Source: Chiloscyllium plagiosum
Taxonomy: Eukaryota
NCBI RefSeq assembly: GCF_004010195.1
Contig: NC_057718.1
Span: 69,144,346 to 69,208,345 of the forward strand
Length of the DNA: 64,000 nt
Reading direction: 5' to 3'
In this document: positions 35,921-48,814 of the stretch, piece by piece
Layout: each line of letters begins with the position of its first letter
Numbering within the stretch: position 1 is the stretch's first letter
The notes under the pieces: generated by a model
Told to the model about the DNA's origin: nothing
The model's input: only the letters and a program-made list of their open reading frames with translations
Database searches by the model: none
Translations under genes and position numbers: made by a program

Positions 35921-38408
35921 ATTATGTTGCTGGAGCTAGGGACAAAATTAAACAGTAGGACCTTCAAAATCAAAGCAATAAAGCAAATTTGTCTGGAGGT
36001 TTCAGACACATGGTACTTTAGGACCATTTCTCAGCCAAGATAAAGCTGTATGAGATTATCAAGGTGCACCTCAAAAAGCTAGGACCAAAGCTCACACAGA
36101 GTGTTAACTTGTACTTTGGGAGAGTTTAATTTGGTAGAGGATGGGGGGTGTGGGGAGTGGGAAGTGAGGGAGCAACCTACAGCAAGCATTAAACAGGAAA
36201 CATAAGGTGCACAAGGACATGGAGGAAAGAGCAACACCAGAGTGCTGACATTCCGTTAATCTGAAGATGATGCTTGTAAAGTCTTACTCCAAGGTAAAGG
36301 TGTGGTTGCATTCATTTTTAGAACTTTTTTTTACTCCAAGCTCACTGTGTACAATACAACAGTGCATAAACTATTATTCCTTCACTACAGTCTGTTCCTC
36401 ATCATGCCTATCATCATTTGGCAATGATATCAGCGATGATATAGTTTCCTCTTCACAAGTGAGGACTAAATCTTTAACTCCATGTTTCCCATCAAGTCTT
36501 TATCCCTCCAGTCTTTTTTATAAACACACATGTCCATCTCTGCCAAAGTCTCTGTTTTATGGGAGCAATTTTTTTGCTGGTTTCACTAACATTCTGATCA
36601 TGTATAGAGTTTTCTTATCGAAAATCTGTCTTCTCTTTTGAAAGTGTTGCTTCATGGTTGATTCTCTTATTGAGTGGAAATTCCATAGGCATGTACATCT
36701 ACCTGGGTAGTCCATCCTGGAAGCAGGTTTGTTTTGATAGATATCAAGTAATTTTTGTTGCACCTAATAGTACCACCTGTATTGTTCAAATATAATCTTG
36801 GTGTCTGAATCTTCCTGAGGACAGTGGCAGCTTGCTGTTGTCTCTGATCCAGACCATTTTCTGGCTTCAATACCAAGCAGTTTGTAGGTGTTTGACATTA
36901 ATTAGTAGCATCAACTTGGCCTGCTCGATACCTTTCTTCCATTTTCAGAATCATCAACCCTTGATGTCAATGTGTCTGCGAGGGAAAGGAGTTGGATTTT
37001 CAGCCTTTGCCCATCAGTAGTTCACATGGGGCTAGACTGCTCTGGAATAGAATGTAACAGTGGCTTCACACAGTCGGGTTAGTGTTTCTGTTCTTCTTTA
37101 GGTGATCTTTGGTTATGTGTATCTCTCTCTCAGCATACCCATTGGCCTGGAAGCATCTTTGGGATATTGAGACATGAACCAACCTGTAAAATTCTGCAAA
37201 GAACTTAAAATTTGCAATTGCAAGTCATGGTCCATTATCAAAGACAACAATGTCTTAAATGTGTTCAGAAAATCTTTATTATAAAGGCTCTGACAACTTC
37301 AGGTTAAGTGCTGTACATCTATCCAACAGGATATTAATCCATGACAGTGAAAAATCTTTACTTTTCAATTTAAAGTCCATGCCAATGCAGCCCTATGGCC
37401 CAGATGTGCAGGAGAAGGCCAGAAGTGATTCCTTCTGTATTTGTGACATAATTAGAAACAGTTTGTTTAATGATTGCATTATATGTGGATACCATGCTTT
37501 GTGCTGGTCCTGGCCAATCGATGATGCTAAAGTGTCAATGCTGCTCAATGTAGTCTTGTAAGACAGGATTGTTTCAGACATATGTTGGTCATTAGTCAAG
37601 GCAGCATATACAGATCTGCACATGTTACCCATTCTGCATCTGTGCTTGCCTGATTTCATCCAGCTTCTTTGCTGTCACAGGCAAGTATTCAATGTTCAGG
37701 CAAAGCTAAGCTTCACCTTCCTTAACAAATTTCATGTCTTCCTGTCAATAATGCATCAGCAGTAGTTTGATACTGAATGTACTCAGCATTGGATCACATT
37801 GGTTGGCTTCAATCTGAATGTTTTGATCTGAGGAAGTACCTTCATGATTTCCTTTGTATTTAACAACTCCAAGTGGCTTAGTGATTAGTTTCAATCTTGA
37901 ATTACAGTCCAAGAACATGGGCAAAAAACTTCTCGAACATCCATGTGGCTACAGGACTTCTTATCCAGAGATCTCTAACATCTGACATCAATTTGAGTCT
38001 GAGAGTGTGATGTGTAATAAATCCTATTCTTCTGAATCTGGAACGATCCTGCTTCATGTCCTATTGCCGAGGTATCCACTGCTATAATGGTAAGTAGGTC
38101 GGGATCATAGTGAGCTAAAATCTCAAAAGAGTTTGATGTCTCTGTTATGCCAGGTCTTGCTTTAAGAGATGCCTTAAAGATGAATTGATCTAAGCTAAGA
38201 GTGGCAGACATTTAATCACTTGATTGACAATTCCCTAAAACTCTCCTCTTTTTAGGAGTTTTATTTCCTGTTGGTCTATTGTGATTCTATTTGCTTGCAC
38301 AATCTAGCCTGAAAACATTATCGTGGGTTTTGATAACCCACACTACTCATTGAGTATTAAGACTGCACTTTGAAGTGCATTGAACACTTTTGATCACCTT
38401 CTGTTTTT

Positions 38409-38732
38409 CATAGGATCTCCATAATGTGGAAACAGGCTATTCAGCCCAAAACATCCACACCGACCTTCCAAAGACCATCCCAGCCAGACCCATCCCCCCC
38501 TGTAACCTTGCATTTTCCATGGTTAACACACCTAACCTACACATCCCTGAATACTATGGTCAATTTAGAATGACCAATTCAACTAGCTTGCACATCTTGA
38601 CTGTGGGAGGAAGCCAGAACACCTCGTGGAAACCCATGCAGATCAGGGAGAATGTGCAAACAGGGTGGAGTTGAAACCAGGTCTCTGGCACTGTGAGGCA
38701 GCTACGTTAACCACTGAGCCACTGTGCCACCC
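38409..38732 (-). mobile_element. HE1 SINE nested in the Gypsy element
   Basis: Canonical HE1 body. Confidence 0.88.
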
Positions 38733-39254
38733 TTTGATGAGCAATGGATCAAAATACTGTCTAGATGATCTACAATACCTTCTATTCGTTCCAATGTTTT
38801 ATATTGTTCTCTGGAATTGTCCTCTGTGTTTCACATAGACATGATTCTAAAACATAGGTAGTTGAAACAATATCATCCAAATTACATAAAGTTAAAATTG
38901 TCAAGTTTAAATCTAGCCTCCAAAGTCCACTATTTGCATTCAATTTTGTAGTAATGGTATTCTTTTCTCGTCTGCAGATTCCATTGTGTGTACTGCATGT
39001 TCTAGGGCCTTGTTCAGTTGAAAAAGTTTGATATAGACATTTGGATTTGGATCAGATTGATCAGGTACCAGACAAGAACATCATTTCGTAGATCTAGTAA
39101 CTGATTAAATAACTCTTTCTTGAAGCATTGTTTCATGTTTCACTTCTGATATTTTCAGATGGTTGTGGATCTTTTCTGAGAACAAACTGGCATCCACTCC
39201 AGATGAATATGAGTCTGAATTACTTGTTTTGCTGTTTATGTTTGACTTGGTCCA

Positions 39255-39669
39255 CTACTTTTGACCAGACCAAACCCCCTCAAAATATATTATAAAGGGT
39301 AGCTTTGACCCAACCTTTTCTTATTTTAAACTTATTTTAAAGGTAATTGTAAGGTGTTATGTTTCAGATATTCGACTTTAAGCAAAACACATCTTTCAAC
39401 TGTAATAGAGAGTGAAATAAAAACTTCCACATCTAGCTTAAAGACCTCAGCAACTGCAGAAAAGTAAAAATCTTGGTTCTGTGGGAGCTTGATCCCACTG
39501 AGTTAGCTTGTTTCTATTGTTCCCAATTAAAAAAACTCAAGGCCTCACAAACTGTTTATTTTATTGGTTTCGAGCTTGGTTTTGAGCAGACTGCTCGGAA
39601 CCTCTGTCTCAACCTTTCTTCATAACAAAAAGGATAAAATATACCTCTCAAAGCCATAGTATCATCACA
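39255..39669 (-). mobile_element. Possible solo-LTR-like repeat nested in the Gypsy element
   Basis: Minus strand begins TGTGATGATAC. Non-coding block interrupting pol. Confidence 0.3.
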
Positions 39670-39840
39670 CCACTTTTTAAAATTAAGTCATATTCTATAC
39701 ATGTTTTTCTGTGGGTCTGGAAAATGTGTAGTATTTCATGGATTTCCATGTCTCTTTTTTTTTGCTTTGATCTTCAGTTTGATCTTATTGTACCCTGAAT
39801 TCAAATAAATGAAGATTGCAATTAGAATTGGAACCACCAA

Positions 39841-40144
39841 CTGTGTGGAAACAGGTCCTTTGGCCCAACAAGTCCACACTGACCCTCCAAAGAGTATCCC
39901 ACCCAGACCCATTCCCCTACATTTCCGCTGACACATGCACCTAACCTATACATCCCTGAACACAATGGGCCATTTTAGCACGGCCAATTCACCTAACCTG
40001 CACATCTTTGGATTGTAGGAGGAAATCCACACAGACACAGGGAGAATGTGCAATCTCCACACAAACAATCACCCTCGGCTGTGTCCCTGATGCTGGGTCC
40101 CTGATGCTGTGAGGCAGCGGTGCTAACCACTGAACCACCTTGCC
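39841..40144 (-). mobile_element. HE1 SINE nested in the Gypsy element
   Basis: Canonical HE1 body. Confidence 0.9.
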
Positions 40145-40719
40145 TTTAAACTGAGCCATTCTATCTCACACTGAGACTGTTGCTCTTGTGTCCAGTTTGT
40201 AAATGTTACTGTGTCCTTTGGCCTCTTTATTATCACTCCAGTTTTTAAAAAATTCATTAATTTTCCCCAGGAAGGTTTTTTTTTCCATTACCAGTTCCTT
40301 AATTTCTTGGATAATGCTCGTCTTTGAAGTTTTTTTCTCTACTTTGAGGATAAGTATCTGTTGCAACAGCATACTAATTTAAAATAAATTGACTTTTCTG
40401 CATGCAAGGCACTCTGCGGTTTGAGCAGACATTCTTTATGCCTGTGAACCTTCTTCTTGCCACAGCAGAGACATGACAAATGGCATCTGGCACACTTTCC
40501 TTGTACTCCCGGGCTGCTGCCATGGTGCTTTTATTTATGCTGCTATATTGACACAACTCAAACTGTTTCTTCTTAGCGATTCCTCTCCATTTCTTAATAG
40601 TGACTTGATTTTATGCTTTACTGCTTTAATCAAAATTAGATCTACCATGGACTGCAGGAAGTCTAAAACACATTAATCTAAAACATCAACTATTCTATCT
40701 TGGATCACGTTGTCAACAA

Positions 40720-41412
40720 AGAATGAAAAACAAAGAAGAATACAGCATAGGAACTGGCCCTTCAGCCCTCCAAGCCTGCACTGACACATTTTTCCCTTCC
40801 ATATTAAAACTGTCTTCACTTACAGGATCCGTATCCCTCGATTTCCTTCCACTCATATATTCATCCAAATGCTATTGTGTCTGCTTCTTCCACCTCCTCT
40901 GGCAATGCATTCCAGGCACTCACCACCATTTGTGTGAAAAACATGCCTTGCACATCTCTTTTAAACATCCCCCTCGCACCTTGACCCTGTGTCCGCTAGT
41001 AATTGATCCCTCCACTCTGGGAAAAAGCCTCATACTACATTCCATTCTATCCATGCCATTCACAGTATTATATACTTCTATCAGGTTGCCCCTCAACCTC
41101 CTGCATTCCAGTGAAAACAAACCCAGTCTTCCAACCTTTCTTCATTGCTAAAATCCCCCATACCAGGCAACATTCTGGTAAACCTTTTCTGTATCCTCTC
41201 CAAAGCATCCACATCATTCTGGTTGGGTGGTGACCAGAACTGTATGCAATATTCCAAGTGCAGCCTAACTAAAATCTGCAGCATAACTTATCTATCCTTA
41301 TACTCAATGCTCCTTCCGATGGAGAAAATCATGCCATAGCCCTATTTTACAACCTTATCTACGTGAGCTGTCACTTTCAGTGATCTGTGGACCTGCACAA
41401 CCAGATCTCTCT
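40720..41412 (-). mobile_element. CR1 LINE 3' fragment nested in Gypsy gag
   Basis: LVRLHLEYCIQFWSP and FSLECRRLRGNLIEVY. Confidence 0.9.
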
Positions 41413-42072
41413 ACAGATCCTTTAGCCTTTCACAATTGCAATTGTATGCCAAGCTGTGAAGATTATTAATGAGGCAGTTGCAACCTTCCCTGTTTTCTGC
41501 CCCCTCTTGTTAAATCGTCTTATTGAATTCTATCAATGTACTGAATACTAAAGTAATAAAATAAAAAGTGCTAATTATGTTGCAGTCTCTTTGTTCACTC
41601 TTGTTCACATCATATCATCCATGGTGTCTCCTGTGTAAAGCCACGAATTGTCCTGAATTTGGTCAATCTTTGTTGCTTAACTCTGAAGCATTTCTGAAAT
41701 ACTTGGATTTCATTCTCCAATTTTTCCAACTTTCTGCCTGTTCATATCTGAATTGTTCAATTCATATCTGAATTGTTTGAAATGCCTCTGGAAATGGTGA
41801 CATTGCAATCATGTACTTTGGTACAGGGTTTATTTCTGCACTGCTACTCTGCTGGTCACTGGTCTGTTTCTATTTCGTGCTGTTACTCTGTTCCGTGTAT
41901 TCATTGGGAGTTTGCAATGAGGTTTCCTGATTGTACCAAATTTGCTTCAGATTTTCTAGTCATCAGGCTCTTTCAGGTCCCTTCAACTCTATCACCATCT
42001 GTTTTTGGAGAGTTGTGATCGGGACAATGTTTGTAAGATCTTACTTTAAAGATATGGCTAGATCTACAGCAC

Positions 42073-43660
42073 CATAGAACCATAAAAATGATACACAGTG
42101 CACAGAAGGGGGCCATTTGGTCTATTTTGCTATGCTAACCCAAAGACACCCAGATACACTTTTTAATCTCATCTTCTTGCACATGGCCCATAGCCCTGCA
42201 GTTTATAGCGTTTAAGGTGCATATGTAGGGACGTTTTAAAAAACCTTGGGGTCTCTGCCTCCACCACCCAATTCCAGACAACCACCACCTTCTGCGTTTA
42301 TCTCATGATGCCTCCAATCCTCCTGCCACATAGCTTGAATGCTTTACTCACATTTTTCAGAATTGAACTTTTCAGAGTATCACTTTTCTGCCCAATCTAC
42401 CAACCCATCTATGGAACACATGCTTTCATCAGTTATGGCCTAGAGTATAAGAGTAAGGAGGTAATGTTGACGTTGTTTGGAGTATTGGTTAGGCCACAGT
42501 TGGGGCATGGTGTGCAGTTCTGGTCATGTCCCCACATGAAAGATGTGATAGCCGTAGAGAGTATATAGAGGAGGTTTATTAGGAAGTTGCCTAGAATGGA
42601 GAAAATTAGCTACATGGAGACACTGGATAGGCTTGGACTCTTTCTTGAGAGCAAAGAAGACGGAGTGGGGGGCATGTATAAAATTATGACAGGTGTGTGG
42701 ACCAGGTGGATAGAGAGCAGCTGTTCCCCATGGTTGAGAGGTCAATCATGAGCGGGCTTAGTTTTAGGGTAGGAGACAGGAGATTCAGAGGGGATTTGGG
42801 AAGAATTGTTTTTACTCAGCAGGTGGTGGGAATTCTGAATGAACTGCCTGGGAAGGTAGTGGAGGCCGGAAACCTTACAACCTTTAAAAAAATTTGAATT
42901 ATCACTTGAGATATTATACCATTTAAGAATATGGGACAAGTCCAGGAAATTGGGATTGATGCACCTTTAGCGGAAGTTATGTTGGTGCTGACTCGATGGG
43001 CCGAAGGGCCTTTTCTGAGCTGTACAAATCTATGAATCTATATCATTCTGGTGTTTACAGCTATTCCCTACACTATCCACTAAGCGACCAATTTTTGTGT
43101 CATCTGCAAATTTCCCAATAGTGCTCCCCAGATTCAAGTCCAAATCATTAACGTATAAAACAATCAGTAGGGGCTCAGCACCGAGTCCTGCAGAACACCA
43201 CTTGCCCTTCCATTCGCAAGGGCAACCATTGACTGTTACTTTTAGTTTTCTGTTACTAAGACGACTCTGGATGCGATTTGACACATCACCCTGTATCACA
43301 TGGGCTTTTACCTTTTTGATCAGTCTGCCAAGTGAGACCTTGTCAATTGCTTTACCGATGTAGGCAACATGCACAGCACTACCCTCATTGATCCTCCTCA
43401 TCACTTCCTCAAAGAATTCAATTTTGTATTGCATAACTTCCCCTTAACAAAGCTATGCTGACAATCCCTGATTCGCTCACCATTTGACCACCACCGAATT
43501 AAGAATAATTGGCCTATGTTTTTTGGCATTTCTTTTGTACCTTTCTTAAGCAATGGAACTACGTTTGCATTCCTCCAGTTGTCTGGCAACTAACCTGTGT
43601 CTAGTGAAGATTGGAAAATAATCCCAAGGCTATTTCTTCCCTCACCCCCTTCAACATCCT
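42073..43660. mobile_element. Cluster of CR1 fragments (- 42073-42320; + 42410-43035; - 43040-43660)
   Basis: ORFs 42305..42568, 42697..42897 and 43030..43434 (GKFADDTKIG). Confidence 0.85.
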
Positions 43661-43874
43661 AAGAAACTCTTGCGACCTTTTAAAGCAATTATTTATTTAA
43701 ACCAAAATATCTATATACATTACATTCTGCATAAGGTCTAAGTTCTTTCACTGGAGTCTCATTATCATCATCATCATCATGTAATGATGACAGGAACAAT
43801 GATATAGCCTCTAAGTGTTTAGAAGTTAATACTTTGCTTCACAAGATAGATCAGAAATAGAGAGATCGCAGCAA

Positions 43875-44202
43875 GTTTTGAGAAGGTTTGTAGCTCAGGT
43901 TGAGATTCTGGATGTAGGTTTGCTCGCTGAGCTGGAAGATTCATTTCCAGATGTTTCATCACCCTACTAGGTAATATCTTCAATGGGCCTCTGGACGAAG
44001 GACTGCTGATAATTCCTGCTCTCTATTTATATGTTTGATGTCAGGAGATGACATCACCAACCCAAAGAGACCCAAACATATAAATAGAGAGCAGGAATTA
44101 TCAGCAGTGCTTCGCCTGGAGGCCCACGGAAGATATTACCTAGTAGGGTGATGAAACGTCTGGAAATGAACCTTCCAGCTAGGTGAGCAAACCTACATCC
44201 AT
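43875..44202. mobile_element. PLE-derived inverted-repeat element with two degenerate hammerheads
   Basis: Arms at about 43911-44036 and 44073-44200. Motifs CCA-cggaaga-UAUUACC..GGUGAU-GAAACGUC-UGG (44124-44163 +) and its mirror (43947-43986 -). Confidence 0.8.
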
Positions 44203-45784
44203 AGAGAGATCCAATACAGGAAATGAGAGCTTGAAGTGCATGATTACAAATGCACAGTGTGGTATGAAAAATTTGGTACACTGCAGATAAAAATAGCCAT
44301 ATAAAATTATGATGTGTTATTAAAGCATCCAACCACAACTCTCTGCTATTGAACTGGTTCAAACAAAAGGAGGAACTTAGTAAAAGAAATGTGTTAAAAA
44401 TGGTGCAATCTGAACTAAAAACATAAAGAGCTGGTAGTACCCATCACTTGTCTGATAGTATCTGCAGCGAGAGAAATTGAATTAATATTTCTAATCAAAT
44501 ATGACTCTTCTTTGGAAATTAACATTTAAGGTATACTCTTTAAATGCATTCAAAAAAGTGAAAGAAGGAGAAAAAGGAAAATGAAGATAAGCTCCTTCGG
44601 ATTCAAAGATAACATCTGTTAGGTTACACTTAAAGAACATCCAGGATCTATTACGCTGCTGTCTATGTAGTTTAGTACATTCGTAATTAACCATCATCCA
44701 CGAGGGAATGTAGACACCTCTCAATTTTCAATGCAATTCTGCACGCTACTGTCGTTTCTCATGTTCTCCACCTATTCTCCGCTGGTATTTCCTAATGTTT
44801 CACCATCTACTGTCACACTACCTTTTCCCTCCTGATCTATAAGTCCACAAGATACAGAGACATTGATTTACCTGCATCTCCCAAAGTGTAATTACATCCT
44901 TTCTATATTGTGTTGACAAAAGCTGACAACAGTTCTGTATTTCTAATCAAAGTTCTGTATTTCTCTTAAAACTTATACCGCAATTGATAAAGGCAAGTGT
45001 CCAATTGGCCTTCTTAACACCCGACTAACCTGTCCTGCAATCTTCAGGGATTTGTGCACAAGCACCCCAAGTTCCTTCTGTTCCTCTGAGCATGCCAGTG
45101 TCTTGCCATGCTTTGAATACTCTCTTGACTTGTTCCTTCTTCCAAAGTACGTCACGTCACATTTATCAGGGTTAAGTTCCATTTGCCACTGATCTGACTA
45201 GCCCATTTATATCCTTCCATAACCTAACACCTTCAACCACTTAGCCAATCTTAGTGTCATCCATAAACTTACTTATCATCTCTCTCACATTGTCATCCAC
45301 ATAATTTATGAATATCACAAACAATAAGGTACCCAGCATTGATTCCTCTTGTGCACCACTGAATACTGGCCTCTAGCCACACAAGCAGCCTTCTAACATC
45401 ACTCTTTATCTCTTACCATTACTTAAACACTTGGTCACCTCCACAAAAATGTCCATCAAATTTGTTTGGCCTGACTTGCCTCTGACACAGCCATGCTGAC
45501 TACCCCAATCAAACATTGCCTCTCTAAACAGAGATTAATTTTCTCCTTCATGATTTTATTCAATAGTTTCCCTATCTCTGATGTTAGACATACTGATCTG
45601 CAGTTTTCATGTCTATCTCTACCACCCTTTTTTAAAGTGGAACCACATCAGCTGTTCTCTAGTCATCTGATACATCCTCTATGCCCAGAGATGATTTGAA
45701 AATTTAGGTCAGCGTCCTTGGGATTTGTCTGCTTTAAAATCCACCAAAACATTCAACACCTCCTCACTTCTTATTATCAATCTC

Positions 45785-45928
45785 AGGCACCCCCCCATTT
45801 ATCTCTCCACCCTGGAGGCTTCCTGCCTCTGTTCCTGATGAAGGGCTTTTGCCCAAAACTTTGATTTTCCTGTTCCTTGGATGCTGCCTGAACTGCTGTG
45901 CTTTTCCAGCACCACTCTGATCTAAACT
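45785..45928 (+). mobile_element. PLE-derived short insert with a near-intact hammerhead
   Basis: UUC-CUGAUGA-A-GGGC uuuu GCCC-aAAAC (45832-45860), where G>A is consistent with CpG decay. Confidence 0.75.
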
Positions 45929-46291
45929 CAAGAACTTCACAGTCCATCTTTTTCACTTCTATACTTGATCCTCCATCTCTCGGGTAAAGACAGATGTGAA
46001 CTATTCATGTAACACACTACCATGTCCTCTGGCTTCATGCACAGATTTCCCCCTTGGTCACTAATAGGCTCTACTCTTTACCTGATTATTCTTTCCCCCT
46101 TCAAATGCTTGTGGAATATTTTGGGATTCTCCCTAATTTTACCTGCCAGCATTTTCTCATGCAACCTCTTTGTTCTGCTAATTGTTTTCTTGAGAATTCC
46201 TTGCATGCTAGGCTCTCCGTTATTTTGCTCCTTTTGTACCTGTTATATGCCCCTTTTTTCCTTTTAATCCAATCCCAAATATTCCTAGATG

Positions 46292-47135
46292 TAGAATCAT
46301 GGAGTCAACACGGAAACAGGCCTATCGGTCCAACTTGTCCATGCCGATCAGATATCCCAACCCAATCTAGTCCCATCTGCCAGCACCTGGCCCATATCCC
46401 TCCAAACCCTTCCTATTCATATACCCATCCAAATGCCTTTTTAAATATTGCAGTTGAACCAGCCTCCACCACTTCCTTTGGCAACTCATTCTATACACAT
46501 AGCACCCTCTGCGTGAAAAGGTTGCCCTCAGGTCTCTTTTATATCTTTCCCCTCTCACCCTAAACCTATGCCTTCTAGTTCTGAACTCCCCCACTCCAGG
46601 GAAAAGATTATGTCTATTTACCTTATCCATGCCCGTCATGATTTTATAAATCTCTATAAGGCCATCCCTCAGCCTCTGACACGTGAGGGAAAACAACCCC
46701 AGCTTATTCAACCTCTTCCTGTAGTTCAAATCCTTCAACCCTGGCAACATCCTTGTGAATCTTTTCTGAACCCTTTCAAGTTTCACAACATCCTTCCGAT
46801 AGGAAGGAGACCAGAATTGCATGCAATATTCCAACAGTGGCCTAACCAATGTCCCGTACAGCCGCAAAATGACCTCCCAACTCCTGTACTCAATATTCTG
46901 ACCAATAATGGAAAGCATACCAAATGCCTTCTTCACTATCCTAACTACATGTGACTCCACTTTCAAGGAGCTATGAACCTGCACTCCAAAGTCTCTTTGT
47001 TCAACCACACTCCCTAGGACTTTACCATTACGTATATAAGTCCTGCTAAGATTTGCTTTCCCAAAATGCAGCACCTCGCATTTATCTAAATTAAACTCCA
47101 TCTGCCACTCCTCCATCCATTGGCCTAGCTGATCA
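46292..47135 (-). mobile_element. Younger CR1/HER1 3' fragment nested in the older CR1
   Basis: 258-aa open frame 46367..47143 (WQMEFNLDKCEVLHFG...RPLLEYCMQFWSP). Confidence 0.95.
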
Positions 47136-47661
47136 TCATCCATGGTTCTCTGGGCTTGATACTCTAAGCTTTACCCTAAAGGGAATATGGTGGACCTATA
47201 CACCCTGTGTCAGTACCTTTTGAATATTTCTGAGTGTTCTGTTGTAAATTTACCCTAACCTAGCTGTACCCAGTCTATCTTGGACAGATCCTGCCTTATT
47301 TTAATAAAACTCTATTCGTCCAATCCAAAACCTTTTTTTTCCAGGCCATCTTTCTTCTTTTCCATAAGGAACTTAAAATTTACAGATGTGTGGCTATCAC
47401 TACAATGCTCTCCCACTGTTGCCTTGAACACCTGTCTGACTTCATTCACCGTAACTGCATCCAGCTCTGCACCGTCCCTAGTAGAACTATCACCATGCTG
47501 ACAAAAAAAACTCTCCGTATACATTTCAAGAAATCTGTCCCCTCTAAACTCTTTATATTATGATTATCCCAATTATTATTTGGTGGTTGAAATCCCGTAA
47601 TATAATTCCCTATTAGTGTTAGACACGCTTCAGTGAATTGACTACAGTCAGTGACTACAAT

Positions 47662-48004
47662 GGGTGGCATAGAGTCTCATTGATTAACCCTGCTGCCTCA
47701 CTACACCAGGGACCCAGGATTGATTCTGGTCTTGCATGACTGTGGAATTTGGATATTCTCCTGTTGTCTGCGTGGGTTTCCGCTGGGTGCTCTTCCATTC
47801 CTCCCATAGTCCAGAAATATATAGATTTGGTAGATTGGCCAAGCTAAATTGCCCAGTAGTGTCCAGGGATGTGCAGGCTAACTGGGTTAGCCTTGGTTAA
47901 TGCAGGAATACAGGGATGGTACAAGGAACTGGCTCTGGGTGGAATGTACTTTGGAGAGTCAATGCATGGTCAATGGGCTGAATGGCCGCTGTAGTGATTC
48001 AATG
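47662..48004 (+). mobile_element. HE1 SINE
   Basis: Canonical HE1 body, diverged. Confidence 0.85.
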
Positions 48005-48814
48005 ATTCATATTTGCTCCTCAATTGCCCACTGGTTGTTTGGATGCCTATATACAACACTAAAAGTGTGACAGCTCCCTTTTTATTCTGAATTCTATCCA
48101 CAAAGCCTCATTTGATGAACCCTCCAAGATATCATTCCTTCTTACTGCAGTAATTGATTTTCTAATAATGCAACACGGCCCTACTTTCAGGCCCTCCCTT
48201 ATCCTGCCTGAAGATTCCATACTCTGGAATGTTAAATTGTCAGTCTTGTCCCTCCCTCAATCATATTTCTGTGATGGCAACATCAGTGCAGTTCTATATG
48301 TAAATCCATACCATTAACTCATCTGTCCTACCACTAATACTCCTGGAATTAAAGTCGTCAGCCTCTTACTCCCTTGAGACGCTGCATGGCTGAACCTGCT
48401 CTGTCTTGCTTCCTTTTCTAAGTTATGCTGTGTTGTTATTGAACTAATGCAGTCTGTCACCTGCCCCTGCTAAACTAATTTAAACACTTTTACCAAGAGC
48501 ACGAGCAAACCCTTCAGCAAGGATATTTATCCCATTCTGGTTCCAGTGCAAACCATCCTTCGTGTGAAATCCACCTTCCCCAGAAAACGTCCAAGTATCC
48601 AAGAATTTAAATTTCTCCCTCCTGCACCAACTATTGGACCATGCATTCTTTTGTTGTATTCTCCCATTACTGTGTATGCTAGACTGTAACACTAGGAATA
48701 ATCCTGAAATTATAACCTTCAAAGCCCTGCTTCTTAATGTACTGCCAAGCTCCCTGAACTCTTAATGCAAGACCTCTTCCCTCAGTCTGCCTATGTCATT
48801 GGTACCAAATCCAA

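Larger units (their letters stand above)
36300..43807 (-). mobile_element. Fossil Ty3/Gypsy LTR retrotransposon with many nested insertions
   Basis: Minus strand: Gag Cys/His knuckle CLCCGKKKVHRHKEC (about 40430-40478), RNase H LAHYDP...IIAVDTSAIG (37975..38211), integrase GMDF..., VVFDNGP and QANGYAER (37120-37400). Diverged LTR pair at about 36300-36444 and 43690-43807. Confidence 0.75.
44780..48810 (-). mobile_element. Old long CR1 LINE (ORF1 end to RT) with nested PLE, CR1 and HE1
   Basis: ORF 48480..48722 has KVIISGL...DGLHWNQNGINILA (esterase). ORF 44973..45182 is the RT end. Confidence 0.85.

Noticed and set aside
46367..47143. Longest ORF (258 aa) as a host gene
   Set aside because: It is the C-terminal part of CR1 ORF2, 5'-truncated and frameshifted near its end.
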